6,330 nt of DNA. Origin: a virus. Its lineage: Duplodnaviria; Heunggongvirae; Uroviricota; Caudoviricetes. Positions 5,744-6,330 of this stretch are shown here, piece after piece. Each line of letters starts with the position of its first letter. The first letter of the stretch is position 1. A model generated the notes under the pieces. That model ran no database searches, was not told the DNA's origin, and saw only the letters and a program-made list of their open reading frames with translations. The position numbers and the translations under genes are program-made. The DNA lies in the IMG/VR virus record IMGVR_UViG_2734482547_000007. One strand, written 5' to 3'.

Positions 5744-5819
5744 GGCCCTTTAGCTCAGTGGTGAGAGCGAGCGACTCATAATCGCCAGGTCGCTGGTTCA
5801 AATCCAGCAAGGGCCACCA
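5744..5819 (+). tRNA. tRNA with CAU anticodon, most similar to tRNA-Ile2 (lysidine type; ileX/ileZ-like); tRNA-Met not excluded
   Basis: Cloverleaf checked by hand: acceptor GGCCCTT/AAGGGCC, D-arm GCTC...GAGC, anticodon loop CUCAUAA, T-arm GCTGG-TTCAAAT-CCAGC, encoded CCA. Near-identical in layout to E. coli ileX as I recall it. Confidence 0.8.
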
Positions 5820-5826
5820 TCACATA

Positions 5827-5862
5827 CCGCCATTAGCTCATCAGGAAAGAGCGCCAGCCTTC
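5827..5862 (+). tRNA. 5' part of a second tRNA, cut by the N gap; anticodon starts U-C-, so Arg (UCU/UCG) is most likely
   Basis: Acceptor 5' strand, U8-A9, D-arm GCTC...GAGC and anticodon stem are readable; loop reads CUUC then Ns. Arg is favoured by analogy with ileZ-argN-argO arrays in Stx-type phages. Confidence 0.4.
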
Positions 5863-5926
5863 NNNNNNNNNNNNNNNNNNNNNNNNNNNNNNNNNNNNNN
5901 NNNNNNNNNNNNNNNNNNNNNNNNNN
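5863..5926. other. Run of 64 N (assembly gap or masked sequence) inside the tRNA array
   Basis: Seen directly in the sequence. Confidence 0.99.
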
Positions 5927-6258
5927 GAATCCCCCTGTGCGGAGGGGCAATCAGCGAGTAGGTATATGGGATAATCGCGGATTCAGGTGCTGGTACTGAA
6001 TTCACCGGGAGGCACCCGGCATCATGCAATGGCACATAGCGCCACTCTCCAGCCCTCTCCGGAGGGGCTTTTCTGTGCCGGATACATCACAGTTTCTGGA
6101 ACCTTAGGTACTACAGTATCAGTCAGGGTGCTATATTTTCAGATGTGATGAAAGCCTGTCAGCAGGCAGGGCGTATCGGAAATGACCCAGTAGAGAAAAC
6201 GTTGACTCAGATACCGGTGCTGAGTTACCGGGAAACCGGCATCACATGACCGCTATCC

Positions 6259-6330
6259 TGAGGTGTACTGGCAATAGCGGACACTACCATTTGTTCTTTT
6301 TTTAAGCAGCCATCTGATGATATTTTTCCC
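6259..6330. repeat. Right copy of the 72-bp terminal inverted repeat (partner 1..72)
   Basis: Reverse complement of 6259-6330 equals bases 1-72. Confidence 0.9.

Larger units (their letters stand above)
1..6330 (+). mobile_element. Segment of a lambdoid prophage (nin-like region through Q, pR'/tR' and downstream cargo with tRNAs)
   Basis: Gene order hok - DUF968 - RusA - Q - pR'/tR' - methyltransferase - tRNA, all on one strand with overlapping stop/start codons; Q and pR' resemble lambda Q and the lambda pR' region from memory. Confidence 0.8.

Noticed and set aside
5927-5950. Possible 3' end of a tRNA (GAATCCCCC...) right after the gap
   Set aside because: Acceptor strand would not pair with the upstream partial tRNA and no CCA is encoded; cannot be called without the gap sequence.
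5841-6035. Minus-strand ORF containing a run of X residues
   Set aside because: Reads through the 64-N gap and the tRNA region; an artefact of translating across Ns.
1-6330. CRISPR array, integrase or attachment site, lysis genes, Shiga toxin genes
   Set aside because: Looked for but not seen: no spaced direct repeats, no integrase-like ORF, and no holin/endolysin or stx-like ORFs downstream of the tRNAs in the available sequence.

Overview
The window reads as the early-right to late-regulatory segment of a lambdoid prophage (E. coli/Salmonella type), with every convincing gene on the + strand. In order: a 5'-open unknown ORF; two tandem paralogous small ORFs plus a 27-aa membrane peptide, all translationally coupled; a complete hok/sok-type type I toxin locus with recognisable RNA elements; a possible rem-like ORF; a DUF968 (YdfU-like) protein with an HNH-like C-terminus; RusA resolvase; a lambda-Q-like antiterminator followed by a lambda-like pR' promoter, pause element (AACGATGGG) and tR' terminator; then a cargo block holding a small winged-helix-like ORF, an orphan DPPY DNA methyltransferase and a tRNA array (tRNA-Ile2-like, CAU anticodon, plus a second tRNA cut by a 64-N gap). 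The window's first 72 bp and last 72 bp are perfect reverse complements of each other; this may be an assembly/contig-end effect rather than biology. No CRISPR array, toxin cargo such as stx, or lysis genes are visible. All family assignments are from reading the translations and motifs by eye; no database search was run.
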